Of a DNA stretch of 64,000 nt, positions 27,901 through 40,958 are shown piece by piece. Origin of the DNA: the human T2T-CHM13v2.0 reference genome, Homo sapiens; the NCBI RefSeq assembly GCF_009914755.1, contig NC_060928.1. One strand, written 5' to 3'. Below the pieces are notes generated by a model, which had not been told where the DNA came from, made no database searches, and saw only the letters and a list, made by a program, of their open reading frames with translations. The first letter of the stretch is position 1. Every line of letters begins with the position of its first letter. The translations under genes were made by a program, and so were the position numbers.

Positions 27901-28534
27901 GGATCTGTCTGCCTAACTTCAGTAATATTATTGCCTTTTCTTAGATAACCCTCTTCACTCTTTTCTGTCTCCTCAATCCTTATCTAGCTGTCAAAGTCTC
28001 GTTCAAATCCTGCCTCCTCCAGGAAATCTTATCTGCTCACTACAACTCAAACTGATTTGTTGACCTGGCCGTTTACAGCATTTGTTTGACCATACCACCT
28101 GGCCCTTAAGGCTGCCTGGCGTTTTCTAATAAAAGCTATCATTTTTCTGAATACAGACTATTTGCTTGCTTTTATTTCTTAGCAGCTCCATGAGATACAT
28201 ACTATCATTGTCCCAAATTTATATTGTCTGTCTCTCCCTTCACATCTATTAATATTTGCTTTATGTATTTAGGTGTGCTAATGTTAAGTGCATATATATT
28301 TATAATTATTCTCTTGATGAACTGTATCCTATACTACTATATAATGACCTTCTTTATCTCATTTTACAGTACTTAAAGTATATTTTATCTGATACAAATA
28401 TAGCTACCCTGAAAGTATAGCTCTCTTTTGATTTCAATTTTCATGGATTTTTTTTTTTTTCATTTCTTTACTTTCCGTCTATGTGTCCTTACAGGTGAAG
28501 CGAATCTGTTATGGACAGCAATAGTTAGGTCTTG

Positions 28535-28821
28535 TTTTTTTTTTGAGACGGAGTCTCGCTCTGTCACCCAAGCTGGAGTGCAGTGGCGCAATCTAGGCTC
28601 TGCAAGCTCCGCCTCCTGGGTTGACACCATTCTCCCACCTCAGCCTCCTAAGTAGCTGGGACTACAGGCGCCCGCCACCACGCCCAGCTAATTTTTTGTG
28701 TTTTTAGTAGAGACGGAGTTTCACCGTTAGCCAGAATGGTCTCGATCTCCTGACCTTGTGATCCTCCCGCCTCGGCCTCCCAAAGTGCCGGGATTACAGG
28801 CGTGAGCCACCGTGCCCAGCC
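28535..28821 (-). mobile_element. AluY nested in L1 ORF2 remnant
   Basis: AluY diagnostics; TSD aggtcttgttttttt at 28527-28541 and 28822-28836. Confidence 0.94.
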
Positions 28822-29586
28822 AGGTCTTGTTTTTTTATCCATTCAACCACTGTGTATTTTTTGAGTGGAGAATTTAATCCATTTACATTCAAAGTAATTA
28901 TTGACAGGTAAGGACTTATTATTGCCATTATGTTCACTACTTCCTGGTTGCTTTATAAATCCTTCATTCTGCTCTTCTCTCTTGCTGTCTTTTTTATGAT
29001 TAGGTGATTTTCTCTGCTGCTATGCCTTGATTCCTTATGATTTAAATTTTGAGTATCCTCCTTAGGTTTTCTTTGTGGTTACCGTTAGGTTTATATACAA
29101 CATCATCTAGTTATAACAGGCTATTTTAAGTTGATAACAACTCAGATTGCATTAAAAAACTACACTTTTGCTCTACTTCCTCCCACATTTTACGCTTTTG
29201 ATGCCACAATTTATATTTTTATATTGTGTATCAACAAATTACATTGTAGCTATTATTTAAATAATTTATATTTTAACCTTCATACTAAAGTATAAGTGAT
29301 GTATACACCACTATCACAGTATTATTCTGAATTTGACTGTGTACTTTTACCAGTAAGTTTTATGCTTTCATATGTTTTCATATTACTAATTAGCATCCTT
29401 TTCTTTCAGCTTGAAGAACTCCCTTTACTATTTCTTATAAGACAAGACTAGTGGTGATTAACTCCCTCAGCTTTTGTTTGTCTGGGCAAGTCTTTTATCT
29501 CTCCTTAATTCTGAAGCACAGCTTAGCCAGGTACAGTATTCTTGGTTGGTGATTTTTTTCTCTTTCAGCACTCTGAATGTATCATC

Positions 29587-29877
29587 TCACTCTCTCCTGG
29601 CCTGTAAGGTTTCTGCTGAGAAGTCTACTGCCAGTCTTTCTGGAACTCCCTTATATGTTATTTGCTTCTTTTCTCCTGCTTTCATGATCCTCTTTTTGTC
29701 TTTGATTTTTGACAGTTTGATTATAGTATGTCTTGGTGTAGTCTTGTTTGGATTGAATCTGAGTGTAGATTGTTGGCCTTCCTGTACCTGGATATTTATA
29801 TCTTTCCCTAGATTTGGAAAGTTTTCTGCTTTTACTTCTTTAAATAAGCTTACTGAGCCTTTGACTCTCTTCTTCAA
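29587..29877 (-). pseudogene. Decayed L1 ORF1p fragment
   Basis: ENFPNLGKDINIQVQE...TPRHTIIKLSK...ITYKG...DFSAETLQARRE. Confidence 0.9.
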
Positions 29878-30641
29878 TTCAGTTCAAATATTTGCTGTTT
29901 TGATGCTGTCCCATAAATCCCAGAAACTTCCTTTGTTCCTTTTCTTTTTTCTCCTCTGTATATTTTCAAATAACCTGCCTTTAATGTTACAGATTTTTAC
30001 TTCTGCTTGAGCAGTTCTGCTGCTGATGCTCTCTATTGCATTTTTCATTTAACTCATTGTATATTTCAGCTTCAGAATATTTGTTTGAATTTTAAAAGAT
30101 ACTTTCATTTTTTCTGTTGTTTCTCATTTTGATCATTTATTGTTTTCTTGACTTTATTGAATTATTTCTCTGCATTTAAGTTTCCTTAAAACAATTATTT
30201 TGAATTCTGTGTCAGACAGTTCATATATCTCCATTTTGGCAGGGGGCAGCTCCTAGGAGATCTTTTGTGTTCTTTTGGTGGTATTATGTCTCTTTGTTTT
30301 TCATGTTTTTTGTTGCTTTATGTTAATAATCTGTGCATTTGAAGAAGTAAGGACTTATTCCAGACTTTGCATACTGGGATTTTCTGGGGAAGCCTTTCAC
30401 CAGTCAGCTCATCCAGAGATCCAGAGATTCTGAGCAGGTCATCTGGTGTGGTCCTCTGGCAGACTTACTACTGGAGCCCTTGGACTTTGTGCCTGGATCA
30501 GCAGGTGGGTGGGCCTGGTACCTGGGTCTCTGGGTCTGTCGGGTTGGACCTGGAGCCTTGGATCCCCTGTTCATTGGATCTGTAAGGGTAGGTCTGGAGC
30601 CCGTATCCTCAGAGGTTGATCTGAAGCCTGGGGGGCTGACC

Positions 30642-30813
30642 TGGTCCTGGGGTAGGTCTTGAGTGTGACCTTGAGAGGCTGACCACGTACCGGGATGGGC
30701 CTGGTACCCAAGTCTGCAGGGTTGGTCCTGGGGTAGGTCTTGAGTGTGAGTCTACAGAGGCTGACCACGTACTGGGATGGGCCTGGTACCTAAGTCTGCA
30801 GGGTTGGTCCTGG
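30642..30813. repeat. About 81-bp tandem duplication in L1 5'UTR
   Basis: tggtcctggggtaggtcttgagtgtga... at 30642 and 30723. Confidence 0.9.
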
Positions 30814-31905
30814 AGCCTTGGTTCATGGGTCCAGCTTGTCAGCAGGGTCTGCTGGGCTGGGCCTGGACCCTGGGTCTGCTGGAGCATGGGGCTGCAGGGA
30901 CTTTATTCTGTTCTTCTCTCTTGCTGTCTTTTTTTTATGATTAGGTGGTTTTCTCTAGTGGTATGCTTTGATTTCTTACTGCAGGGACCAGATTGGCACT
31001 GGGAAATCTTGAAGCCTATGTCCAGAGTTGCCAGCCTGGTGCCTCAGACCCAGTCCAATGACAGGTTAGCCAGCTGAATGACAGACCCATCCCCTGTCAC
31101 TGGGCTGGGTCTGAAGTCTGGGGCTGTGGTCTGAAGTCTGGGGCTGTGTAGGGCAATCTGGCCCTGGGATGGTCTGAAACCCGGGGTGGAACCTGGGGTC
31201 ATAGAGGCTGGCCTGGTGCTGGGTGGCATGGAGCCTATACCTGTAGAGGCTGGCCTCATGACTAGGGCTGCAGGGCCAGCTTGGTAGCTTGGGTGGGCAT
31301 GAAGTCTGGGGCTAATGGGGCTGTTGGGGTTGGCCTGGTGGTGGGGCAGGTCCAGAGACAGCCTGCCAGGCTAGCCTAGAGCCTGGGGCTGCAGGATCCT
31401 GCCTGGTGCTGGGAAAGACTCGGAGGCTCAGTCCACAGATAGTTACCATCCTGGAACCTGGAACCTGGAACCTCAGGGGCTGGCCTGGCACTGGGTGGGC
31501 CTGGAGCCTGTATCTGCAGTCAGGAAGCAGGGTCTGCAGGTGCAAGCCTGATGACAGGCTGCAGGGGATAGCCTGGTGCTGGCTTTTATTGAGGCAAGCT
31601 TCATTTTGCCGGCAGATCCAAAGCAAAGTCTAGTGCTTATTTCTCTCTCCTTCCCCCATACTGAGGATACCTTGCTTTAAGCTGTGCTGCCTGGGGTTGG
31701 GAGTGGGGTGATGCAAGTGATGTCAAACTGTCCTTCCTACCTTCTTCAATGCTACATCCAGGTGCTGTAATCTCTCACTTGGTTTCCTTAGTTCTTGTGA
31801 AAGGTGTTTTTCTATGTGGATGGTAGTTCAGATTGATATTTCTCTTGGGTGGGGGTGATGTGTACTGGAAAGTCCTATTCCTCCATTTCTTTATATCTGT
31901 CTCAA

Positions 31906-32045
31906 ATTGTCCCAGATTTACAGATGAAGAAACTAAAGTTCAGCAAACTTGAATATCTTGCCAATGACACAAAACTATTTAGTAGAGCCAAGGTTCAAAC
32001 TTCAGTCTTTGTGAATTCAGAGGTTGCTTGCTTCCACTGTGCAGA
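31906..32045 (-). mobile_element. MIR, right half (left half about 28170-28221)
   Basis: tttacagatgaagaaactaaagttcag...gacaca...agtagagccaaggttcaaac. Confidence 0.75.
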
Positions 32046-32699
32046 TGTGGAATATCAAACTAGTCTTTAGATTCTGCGAGATTTTTCTTTCTCTCTTATG
32101 TTCTAAGAAATGGGAGGTAGAAAAGAACAGTGATGGGTGAGGGAGAACTGTCCTTGAGTCTGCACCCTCCACAGGAATTTTGTTGCTGGGGAAGGTTGGG
32201 GAGGGGCTGTGGAGAGAGGGTCCTTAGTGCCCAGCTGAAAGTATTTTTCCCACTGGAGTGGTTCCAGATTTACCAAACTGCCATGAAACTTGCAACCAAG
32301 GTGTGACACTACCCCTGGCTACAATTGTCTACCGTTGCCAGGCCTTTGGAAACTGCTGCTTTTGCCACCAGGGCCTTTGTGCAAAAGGGCACTTTGCTTT
32401 CTGTCCCTGTGGCCATCACCAGCTTCCCATTGATAGCTCCTGTCTATAACTGTTGGGGTTTACCATCCAACAAGCGGACTCTATATCAGCTCTCTTCACC
32501 TGTGTTGTCTTGTATGTTGCTGTGTGTCTAAGGTGTGATAATTTGCCCTTTCTTCACTTGTTTTTCATAGCTGTCTAATTTATATTGTTTTGAGTACCAG
32601 GACTGTGCAGTGGGCTCCAGAACTTTCTCCAAAGGGAATCTGTTGCCATTTAACTGGGGCTGTTCTAGTGTGTGCTACCCAAGAATGCCCCTTTATATG

Positions 32700-34690
32700 C
32701 TTTTTAAAAATCTTAATTCAAAAATACATTTTTTGTGAAAAATACAAAAAAGAATAAAATAATTACCACCCAAAGACAACTTGCTAAATTTAGTATATAT
32801 TATTCCAACATTTTCTACATTTATGTATATATATTACATAAAGAAAACATACTTTTTAAGTAAAATGGCTTGTTTTGTACCTATAGCTTAGTGTCCTGAC
32901 TTTCTCTCGAAACCATCTTTCATACCATTAAATATTTTCCATATCGTTTAGTAGTAAAATTGTTCAGCTAATCCTCTATTAAGGTTGTTTCTCACCTCTC
33001 TGATGTTGTAAACAGTTCTGTGGTAAGAGTTGATGTAGCTAATTCTTTGTGCACCTTCTTAAATATTGTACTTTTCTCCCCTTTCTGGTTTATTTTTTAA
33101 GTAATATGTATAAATGAGGGAAGTAACTAAGTTGCTCTCCCTACTGATCCACAGGGTCATGATTTCTTTAGGGTACATTTCTAGTATTTTAATTGTTGGA
33201 TCAAAAAGTATGCAAAATTTTAAGTCATTTGCATTTTAGAAAGGTTATGTAAGTTTACTCTTTTACCAATAACTGAACACCTTTGTGGACAATGGATATT
33301 TTCATTTCAGATTTTGTCAACTTCATAGGTGAAAAACGAATCTCATTTTTTTAACTTATATTTTTAAATTGCTAGTGAAGTTGAACGTCTTTTTTATTTA
33401 CAAATTGGTCATTTGGATGTTTCTTATTTTGTAAATTGCCTGTTTGTTTTTTCCTGTTTTTTACCATTGATGTGTTTATGTGTTCCTATTGATTTGTAAG
33501 AGTTCTCTAGGGGAGGGGACTTGGATTTAAGAATATTAACAATTTGGGTGTCATAAATATTAGTTACTCCCCCCAGTTGTTTTGTTTTTATTTTATTTGT
33601 GATATTTTAAAATATTATTCAAGGTTACAAAAGATGTAATAGTTAAAAATGAAAAGTATAATCATGCTGTTTTCTTATTTTCTACCTAACAGCATTAGAA
33701 AATATACAATTCTTTATATTTTTGTTTTAGCAATAGAAAATTTCTATGCACTTCTTGATAGAAAAGATGTGAATTTGACTTACCCTTTCCCATTTGCCTC
33801 TTATCCTATTAATATTTGATATTTTAAAAATTCTGGTTATTTATCCTTATGACTTGAAGTAACTCACCTAATTCTATTTTGTACTCCATTATCATTCAGC
33901 GGCATCTCTTGACTGTCTACTTTATAAAATGAGAATATTAGCACCTTTATCCCTTCTTACCCCCTCCTCCGCACCCGCAGACTGAGCCCAGAGCATTTCC
34001 AGGAGTTTCTTCTTCCTCCATAATCTACACAGGACAGGCTTTCATCTCCACTGCAGCTCTTTCGCTGGTTCATCTCCCAGCTGGCTCTCATCTGCTTCCT
34101 GTCGTTCCAGCCCGTCTCTTCCCTGTTACAAGTTATCCTCCTTGTACCTCCGTCTTTTTATTTAAATGGTTCTCTAAAGATGAAAGGCAAATGTGCCTAG
34201 CTTGCCATCTTGAGCTGAACATTGCAGTGCTTTGTATATATAGAAATTTTAAAATTTTTATGTGGTGAAACCTGCAAGTGATTCCTTTTGGTTTCCACCT
34301 TTGCCGCCATGTTTAGAAAGTCTTTCTCCAATTTAAGATTATGTTTTCTTTAGTACTTTTGTGAATTACTTCTTACTTTGAAATCTTTGTTCATTTCTAG
34401 AATTTATTTTGGTGGGTAGAATAGTTTAGAGATTCATCTTTTGTTCAAATGGTTAGCCAACTACTCAGTATCATTTATTAAATAATACAAAGTTTTGAAG
34501 TACTGAATTCTTACATATATTTGTGCCCGTTGCTGAGCTTTGCTTCTTTAACCTGTCTCTGATGCACACTGGTGCCAAACTTTTAATTATTGCCATTTCA
34601 GAATTTTAATATCTGGAGGGCAGGTCTTCACCACCATCCCCCGACATCATTGTTCTTTATCAAAATGTTTTTAGCTGATGTTGTATTCTC
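32700..34690 (-). mobile_element. Very old L1ME-type fragments
   Basis: Degenerate reverse L1 3' motifs (tacatttctagt...ttgttggatcaaaaagtatg; tagccaactactcagtatcatttattaaata). Confidence 0.5.
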
Positions 34691-35283
34691 TCTTCCCTGC
34701 TGCAAAAGGAGTTTACTGTAGTATACACGTTTGAATGAGGCTGCCTTGGTCAGCCCACGTCTTAGCTCTTCGTCAGTATTTCCTTCTAGCTAGGCAGAAA
34801 GAGTAAAACTTCTGTGTAATACTAGTTCCCTGTTCCACCCAGGTTTTGTATTCACTTGCTTTTAGGTCTAGGACTGGAGAATGCAGTACATGCCAATAAT
34901 TCTAGTCTTCTCTGATCTGTGAACATATACCTTCACTGACATTTGTGTAGTTACTTGGAGCCAAAAGGAAAATTGTCACTTAGCCAGATTTCACTCTCAA
35001 CATTTCACGTCTCCTTCCACTACCTGACACCTGCTAGTACCTCCCAGTCACCCAATCTGATCTCCTAATCTCTGGCATCTGACCCAGCCTCCATCACTGC
35101 CTCCCTCAGGAATGTGTAGATGGCCTTCAGGCCATTTCGTCAGGCTCCCTCTTTCCCACCCTACCTGCCAGTCTATCCTTCGCCTGCCTGCCTTCCTTTC
35201 CGGGTGCCAGCACAAAGTTTGTGACCTCAGGTGCCTTTGTGCTCAGGCAGAATTAGGCACCTAGCAATTTACGAAACACTCAT

Positions 35284-35585
35284 GGCTGGGTGCAGTGGCT
35301 GACGCCTGTAATTGCAACACTTTGGGAGGCCGAGGCAGGTGGATCACGAGGTCAGGAGTTCCAGACCAGCCTGAGCAACATGGTGAAACCCCGTCTCTAC
35401 TAAAAATACAAAAATTAGCTGGGGGTAGAGGTGCGTGTCTATACTCCCAGCTACTCAGGAAGCCGAGGCAGGAGAAATCGCTTGAACCCGGGAGGCCGAG
35501 GTTGCAGTGACCTGAGATCGTGCCACTGCACTCCAGCCTGGGCAACAGAGCGAGACTCCGTCTCAAAAAAAGAAAAAAAAAAAAA
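35284..35585 (+). mobile_element. AluSg-like
   Basis: ggatcacgaggtcaggagtt; degenerate TSD gaaacactcat / gaaatacttat. Confidence 0.94.
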
Positions 35586-35879
35586 GAAATACTTATTTAA
35601 TTATGCTTACCTAGAAACATTGCAGCATCAACATAACTGGCTCCAGCCAGAAGAATGAGTACTTGTTTCCTGGCGGGAAGGATGCCAAGAAACCTATGCT
35701 TCGGAGTCTCTGTGGGCACAGAGCCTGTGTTTGAGGCAGATGGAATTTCATCCGTCGGAAATTTACCGTCATTGACTCTTTCCTAAACATACTTAGAGCT
35801 AACTGAAAAATGGTCACCTTTGCACTTTTGCACAAATCTCTATCAAAAGCCAGGGAGAACAGAAAATCTCTTTTACTAC

Positions 35880-36162
35880 TTTTTTATTTTCCTTTTTTTT
35901 TGGAAACAGGGTCTTGCTCTGTCGCCCAGGCTGAAGTGAGATGGCGCCATCTTGGCTCACTGCAGCTGCCGCCTCCCGAGTCCTAGCGATCCACCTGCCT
36001 CGGCCTCCCAAGCAGCTGGGACTACAGGCTAAATTTTTTTTTTTGTAGACACGGGGTTTCACCACGTTGCCCAAGCTGGTCTGGAACTCTGGGCTCAAGC
36101 GATCCGCCCACCTCGGCCTCGCAGCGTACTAGGATTGCAGGGGTGAGCCACCATGCCTGGCC
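35880..36162 (-). mobile_element. AluJ-like, CpG-rich, with about 20-bp internal deletion
   Basis: gggctcaagcgatcc and gttgcccaagctgg; TSD tacttttt. Confidence 0.9.
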
Positions 36163-36285
36163 TACTTTTTCCTTTTACGTTTGCTGATTTTTGTCCCATC
36201 CTTCTTTTTGATTCTGCAACAAAAAAATTAAAATGTTAAATATTAAATATCTTTTGTAGAAGATACTTTATTAAAATTCTATTTC

Positions 36286-36562
36286 AGTGCTATCAAGTGG
36301 AAAAATAAATGCAAGTCACATTTATAATTGTAAATTTTCTAGTAGCCATATTAAAAATAGCTTTAAAAACCCAGGTGAAATTAATTTTAACATTTAAGCT
36401 AGTGTATTCAAAAGAATGTATCAGCGTGTAATCAATCTTAAAAAATATTGAGATGCCTTACATTCTTTTTTTTTTCCATTTGATATCTGGTGTGTATTTT
36501 ATACTTCCAGTACATCTCAATTTGGGCCAGCCACATCTCAAGTACTCAATAGCTACATATGA
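36286..36562. mobile_element. MER33 (hAT-Charlie)
   Basis: aaattttctagtagccatattaaaaa...caggtgaaattaatttta...atctggtgtgtattttatactt. Confidence 0.8.
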
Positions 36563-36624
36563 AATCACTTTACCTCCAAATTCTGAGTGATTTTACTAGT
36601 GACTTTATATTGGAAATAACCACA

Positions 36625-36812
36625 TCTAGAAGTTCTTATCTAGGGATGCATGTTCAGAATCACCTGGAAGCTTTTTCTAAATATGCATTCCTGCCTGTAC
36701 CCTCACTAGATCTGTTAAGGTAAAAATCTCTGCTCTGTGTGAGCCTGGGCATGTGTGTCTTGAGAAAGGTACATAGGTGATATTGACAAGTACATTTAAT
36801 TAAAAACCACTA
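36625..36812. mobile_element. MER5-type fragment
   Basis: tcagaatcacctggaagcttttt...gcctgggcatgtgt...aaaaccact. Confidence 0.55.
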
Positions 36813-39800
36813 AGATGATCCAGCTTCTTCAGTCTACCTATGACTAAACACGTCCTGTGTGATCAAACAGCTTTCCCACAGAGAGTAATGATACAGACCT
36901 CAGTCTTCCATTCACAAATCTGGTGTCCTTTTTGCCTCATCATTTCTAACATATAGGATAAGAATGTAGACTAATATTATACACAGATTTGTTCAATAAC
37001 AAGAGTCAGCAACAAAAGGGAGTTTCAAGTTACTCTTTAGATTATCAGGAAATTTAATGTAAAATATCCTACCTGCACATGTGTGCACGAGCACGTGTGC
37101 ACACACACACACATTGTCTAAATAGTCTTGTTAATTGAAGTTTCATTGTGATGGGCATGACCGTGTAGATTTTATATGCATTTCCATGTTCTTGATACCT
37201 TTTAGACTCACCTCATAGATTATACTTTTCTGAAACTGCTTTTAAAAATCTATATCAAAATAGATACCAAGGGCTATTATAATTATTTTAGTATATCTCT
37301 GGACATCATAACCAAATACAAAAGTTCTTCAGCCTGTCAGTTTTCAAAGTGTCAGCTCTGGATTTTTCAGGTTAAAATTTCATATCTTTAATAACAAGGC
37401 TGCCAGATATCAGCAGGCAGTGTGGTTGACTACTCTGTAATTTAATGGGAGTTCTTCATAGGTGAGTCACAGTGGCTTTCTTCTCTTTCTTTCACATGGT
37501 GCTGACAAGGACAGCACACGTGCTATACTGAAAGATAGTAAGTCTCAGAAAGGTCATCCAAAGGTAATTTGTGGATTATTTTTGATGAGTTGGAGATATG
37601 GAGAAAAATGTTTGCTCTTTAACACTTAATTTTGTATGAAGTGACCAAACTTAGATTATCTAGTTTTATTTCATGCAAGTGAATTTAACAATTAAATATT
37701 TTCATAGTTCTTTAATCCGTATGCTTATTAAAAATCAACTTAAGTCTACAAAAGTCACAAGTAATTAACAAGCCTGTTAAATAAAATAATGATATCCATA
37801 ATAGCCTACAAATAACTACTAGAATTTTTAAAAAGCATTTTAAAGGTCCAAAACGTTTAAACAGGTTATTTAGCAGTAATCAGGATGGTTATATGACACT
37901 CACTTGAAAGAGGCTTCAGTTTAGATTATCTAGACTAACTGTCTTTTTACAAATGGAAAATTCAGAGAGATCCAAAGAGATGAAGGGATTAACTCCACTC
38001 ACATAGAGATTCCCTTCCAGTGCTAGTTTGCCACTGTCTTCTGACTCACTTCAGTTGGCTTTTTTTTTTTTATCAGCTATGATGACTTTCTTTTGCTAGA
38101 ATGTAATATCATGTTAAGGTATAGTGATTTGCTTATAATAAAATGATTTAAAATATTTTGACACGTCTATTGGACATATCAATACAACAGAACAAAGACA
38201 ATAGCCCCATGACTTCAGTGCTTCAGAGTTCCATGTGTGTTTCCTTCCGTGTGTCTAACATAGGACATTAAAGAGCATGATCATTTCTTCAAAAATAGGT
38301 TCCTTCAAGCTGAGTACAAGATCCAAATTTTAAAAATACCTTTTGTGGAAAATACTAAAACTTGGAACCACAACCTTGTTTCTCTCTTTTAACGTAATTG
38401 CTCACTTCATGAAAAAAAAATCCCCTTTGGACAAATGGATGTAATTGTATATGTAATGCACTGGGAAGTATGAGTTACTATTGATTAACTTGTATTAAAT
38501 ATCTGAGAAAAAGGTATGTATTTTATTTGTAATTTTAAGTTGACGAGATGATAAATAGAAAACCCCTTATTTGGAGTTCCCTGATGTATTCTTAGTGGTC
38601 AAGACCCTTAAAACAAAAAATGTGATTTCTCGTTTTACATTCTCCTCCTTTCTAGTGTTTTTTTTCCTTCTTATGCAGAACAGAGATTTTATTGTAGAAT
38701 TAAAACTGATAAACCTGATCCCTCAGCTCTGTGCTATTTTGTTTACCCCATGAGGAGTTGCTCCCCATAAACCTGAGAGTTTGTTAGAAGGTACCTTGTT
38801 CAGAAGATTATCAGGTTTAAGCAATTGCCATTCAAGAGAGTAAAGAAGAACTAGTCTGGAAGCTGGCAAGAAAAAAAAAGTTGTTATTTCTAAGTCAATG
38901 TTTGTAGAACAATTGCCTGGTTAGGCAATGAGACAGTAGTGTTTAATACAATTGAGCTGTGATGTATAATATGAGTAGTCATACACTCTTTTGTAAGAGT
39001 CTTGGATTGATATTTTTGTTATACTTTGCAATCAAATAAAGGAGGCTGTTTGCACATATCCTGAAAACGATTTGATAACTATATAGTGATTATTTCTCGG
39101 TAATTTTTGAAGGTCTACTAACCAAAAAATTCTAATAAAATTCACTCTTATGAAATTAAAGATTAAGTCACAAAAATACAACTGTTTAGATAAATATTCA
39201 AGCACTGACAGGCATATAGCACCTCAGTTCTGTTTGTTTGCTGGCCATTATGTTTTTACCAGCTTTTGTTTTAAAAGTCTCATCTTTCTCCTTGATTAAA
39301 TTAAATGAACATCCTTTCCTGTTACTCCAAAGGATTCCTTATAATTTTTTTATAGCACCTTTGATTTTAGACTGAGGGCTTTTAGATAGACTTAAATAGA
39401 TTCTTCTACTGTATGTTTCTGAAATATTGGCCCCTGTACTTTACCAACATACATTTCACTTTATAAAGTTAATGTAAGGGCTTTTCAGTGACTCCAGGCA
39501 AACCTCAAACAATCTCTGATTTGCAAAAAGATCAAGATGCCTCTGGAAATAACACACAACCCAGTGTTGTTATTATTATTTTTTTGCAAGACCTAACTAG
39601 AGAAGTGATCATTATACTGTATATTCTTTAATCTTGATGTTTTTAAAGAAGTTTAAGTGTTGTATCCTTTAAGCAATTAAGTTCAGTTCAAAAGACAGAA
39701 TAAATACAAAGCTCTTTAAAAAAAAAAAAAACCCTTAAGAGACCACATTGTGGTAAGTATTTCAGCCTCTGGATTTTGATAAACTAGAAAGCTTTATTTT

Positions 39801-40660
39801 GAGGAGTCATTAACTTGCAATTTGGCCCAGATCACTCTGTAAGGTCATGGTAGCTTCAGACCCCTTATCTCTAACTAGCCTGCCCGCTGGGACAGAAAGT
39901 GTGTTCCAAGAGAAAGAGCAAGATCTCTATGATTAGATTGAGTCTACAGGGGACTGAGAGCCCTAAGAAAACTTCAGATTTTAAGAAATCTTCAAAGAGA
40001 AAAGAGACTTAACAGATCCAGATGAGCCATGGGAACAGTGAAGTGCTTGGTGCATGTATATATAAGTTCTCAATAGAGCTGTTTCAACCACTAGTCCAAA
40101 TTCAACTTCTCAAGCCTGGTAGAGTCAAATTTCTGGCACTTGGCAGCAGAGAGTTTATAGAATGCCTTGATGGAATCAAGTAGTAACCTGTCTTCCTTGT
40201 CTTCCTTTTGCTTCCAAACTTATGACTTGGATTTTTTTTTTTTTTAATGCTCTTTCCAGCCCTAGTAGTGACAGCATTTTCCAAAATGTTACTCAAAACC
40301 TCTCAAATAGCAGAGGCAGTACCAACACATCCTGGCATCTAGCCTACGGTCGTGCTTCAGGAATACACTGACTGCCTTGGTGATGGCCAAATGCCAGTTC
40401 TTATAGTTAAGTTGTGGCTTGGACATGTGGACCCATTCCTTTCTGTAATCCTATCATGATCCCCTGCTTTCTTTCTTCCCTACCAGAATCTAAGCTCCTG
40501 GAAAGCAAATGCTATGACTTTTATCTCTTGTATTCCCACAGCCATGTTGGCTAGAAATATGGTGGATACACAAAGAAAGTTAGTTGAAAGAACAAATCCA
40601 ACTATCCAAGAGGTTCTGAATACCCACTGGCCCCACCACCAACCTCTGCTCTTCTTCTTC

Positions 40661-40958
40661 TTTTTTTTTTTTTTTTTGATATGGAGTCTTGTTCTGTCGC
40701 CCAGGCTGGAGAGCAGTGGTGTGATCTCGGCTCACTGCAATATCCGTCTCCTGGATTCAAGCGATTCTCCTGCCTCTACCTTCCAAGTAGCAGTGATTAC
40801 AGGCGTGTGCCACCATGCCTGGCTACTTTTTGTATTTTTAGTAGAGACGGGGGTTCACCATGTTGCCCAGGCTGGTCTTGAACTCCTGACCTCAGGTGAT
40901 CCGCTGCCTCGGCCTTTCGAAGTGCTGGGATTGCAGGTGTCAGCCACCATACCCGGCC
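40661..40958 (-). mobile_element. AluS (Sx/Sz-like)
   Basis: Poly-T plus reverse dimer. Confidence 0.94.

Larger units (their letters stand above)
28222..31905 (-). mobile_element. Old L1M (L1MA-age): 5'UTR, ORF1 and ORF2 N-terminus only; inserted in a MIR
   Basis: ORF1p remnant; ORF2 start MAIISPYLSIITLNVNGLNSP at 28928; repetitive GC-rich 5'UTR about 30400-31900; TSD attgtccca(a/g)attta at 28207-28221 and 31906-31920. Confidence 0.88.

Noticed and set aside
29474-30010. 178-aa hydrophobic, membrane-like ORF
   Set aside because: Antisense reading of A-rich L1 ORF1
37072-37113. Short palindromic tgcac/gtgca tract next to (CA)n
   Set aside because: Ordinary degenerate dinucleotide repeat
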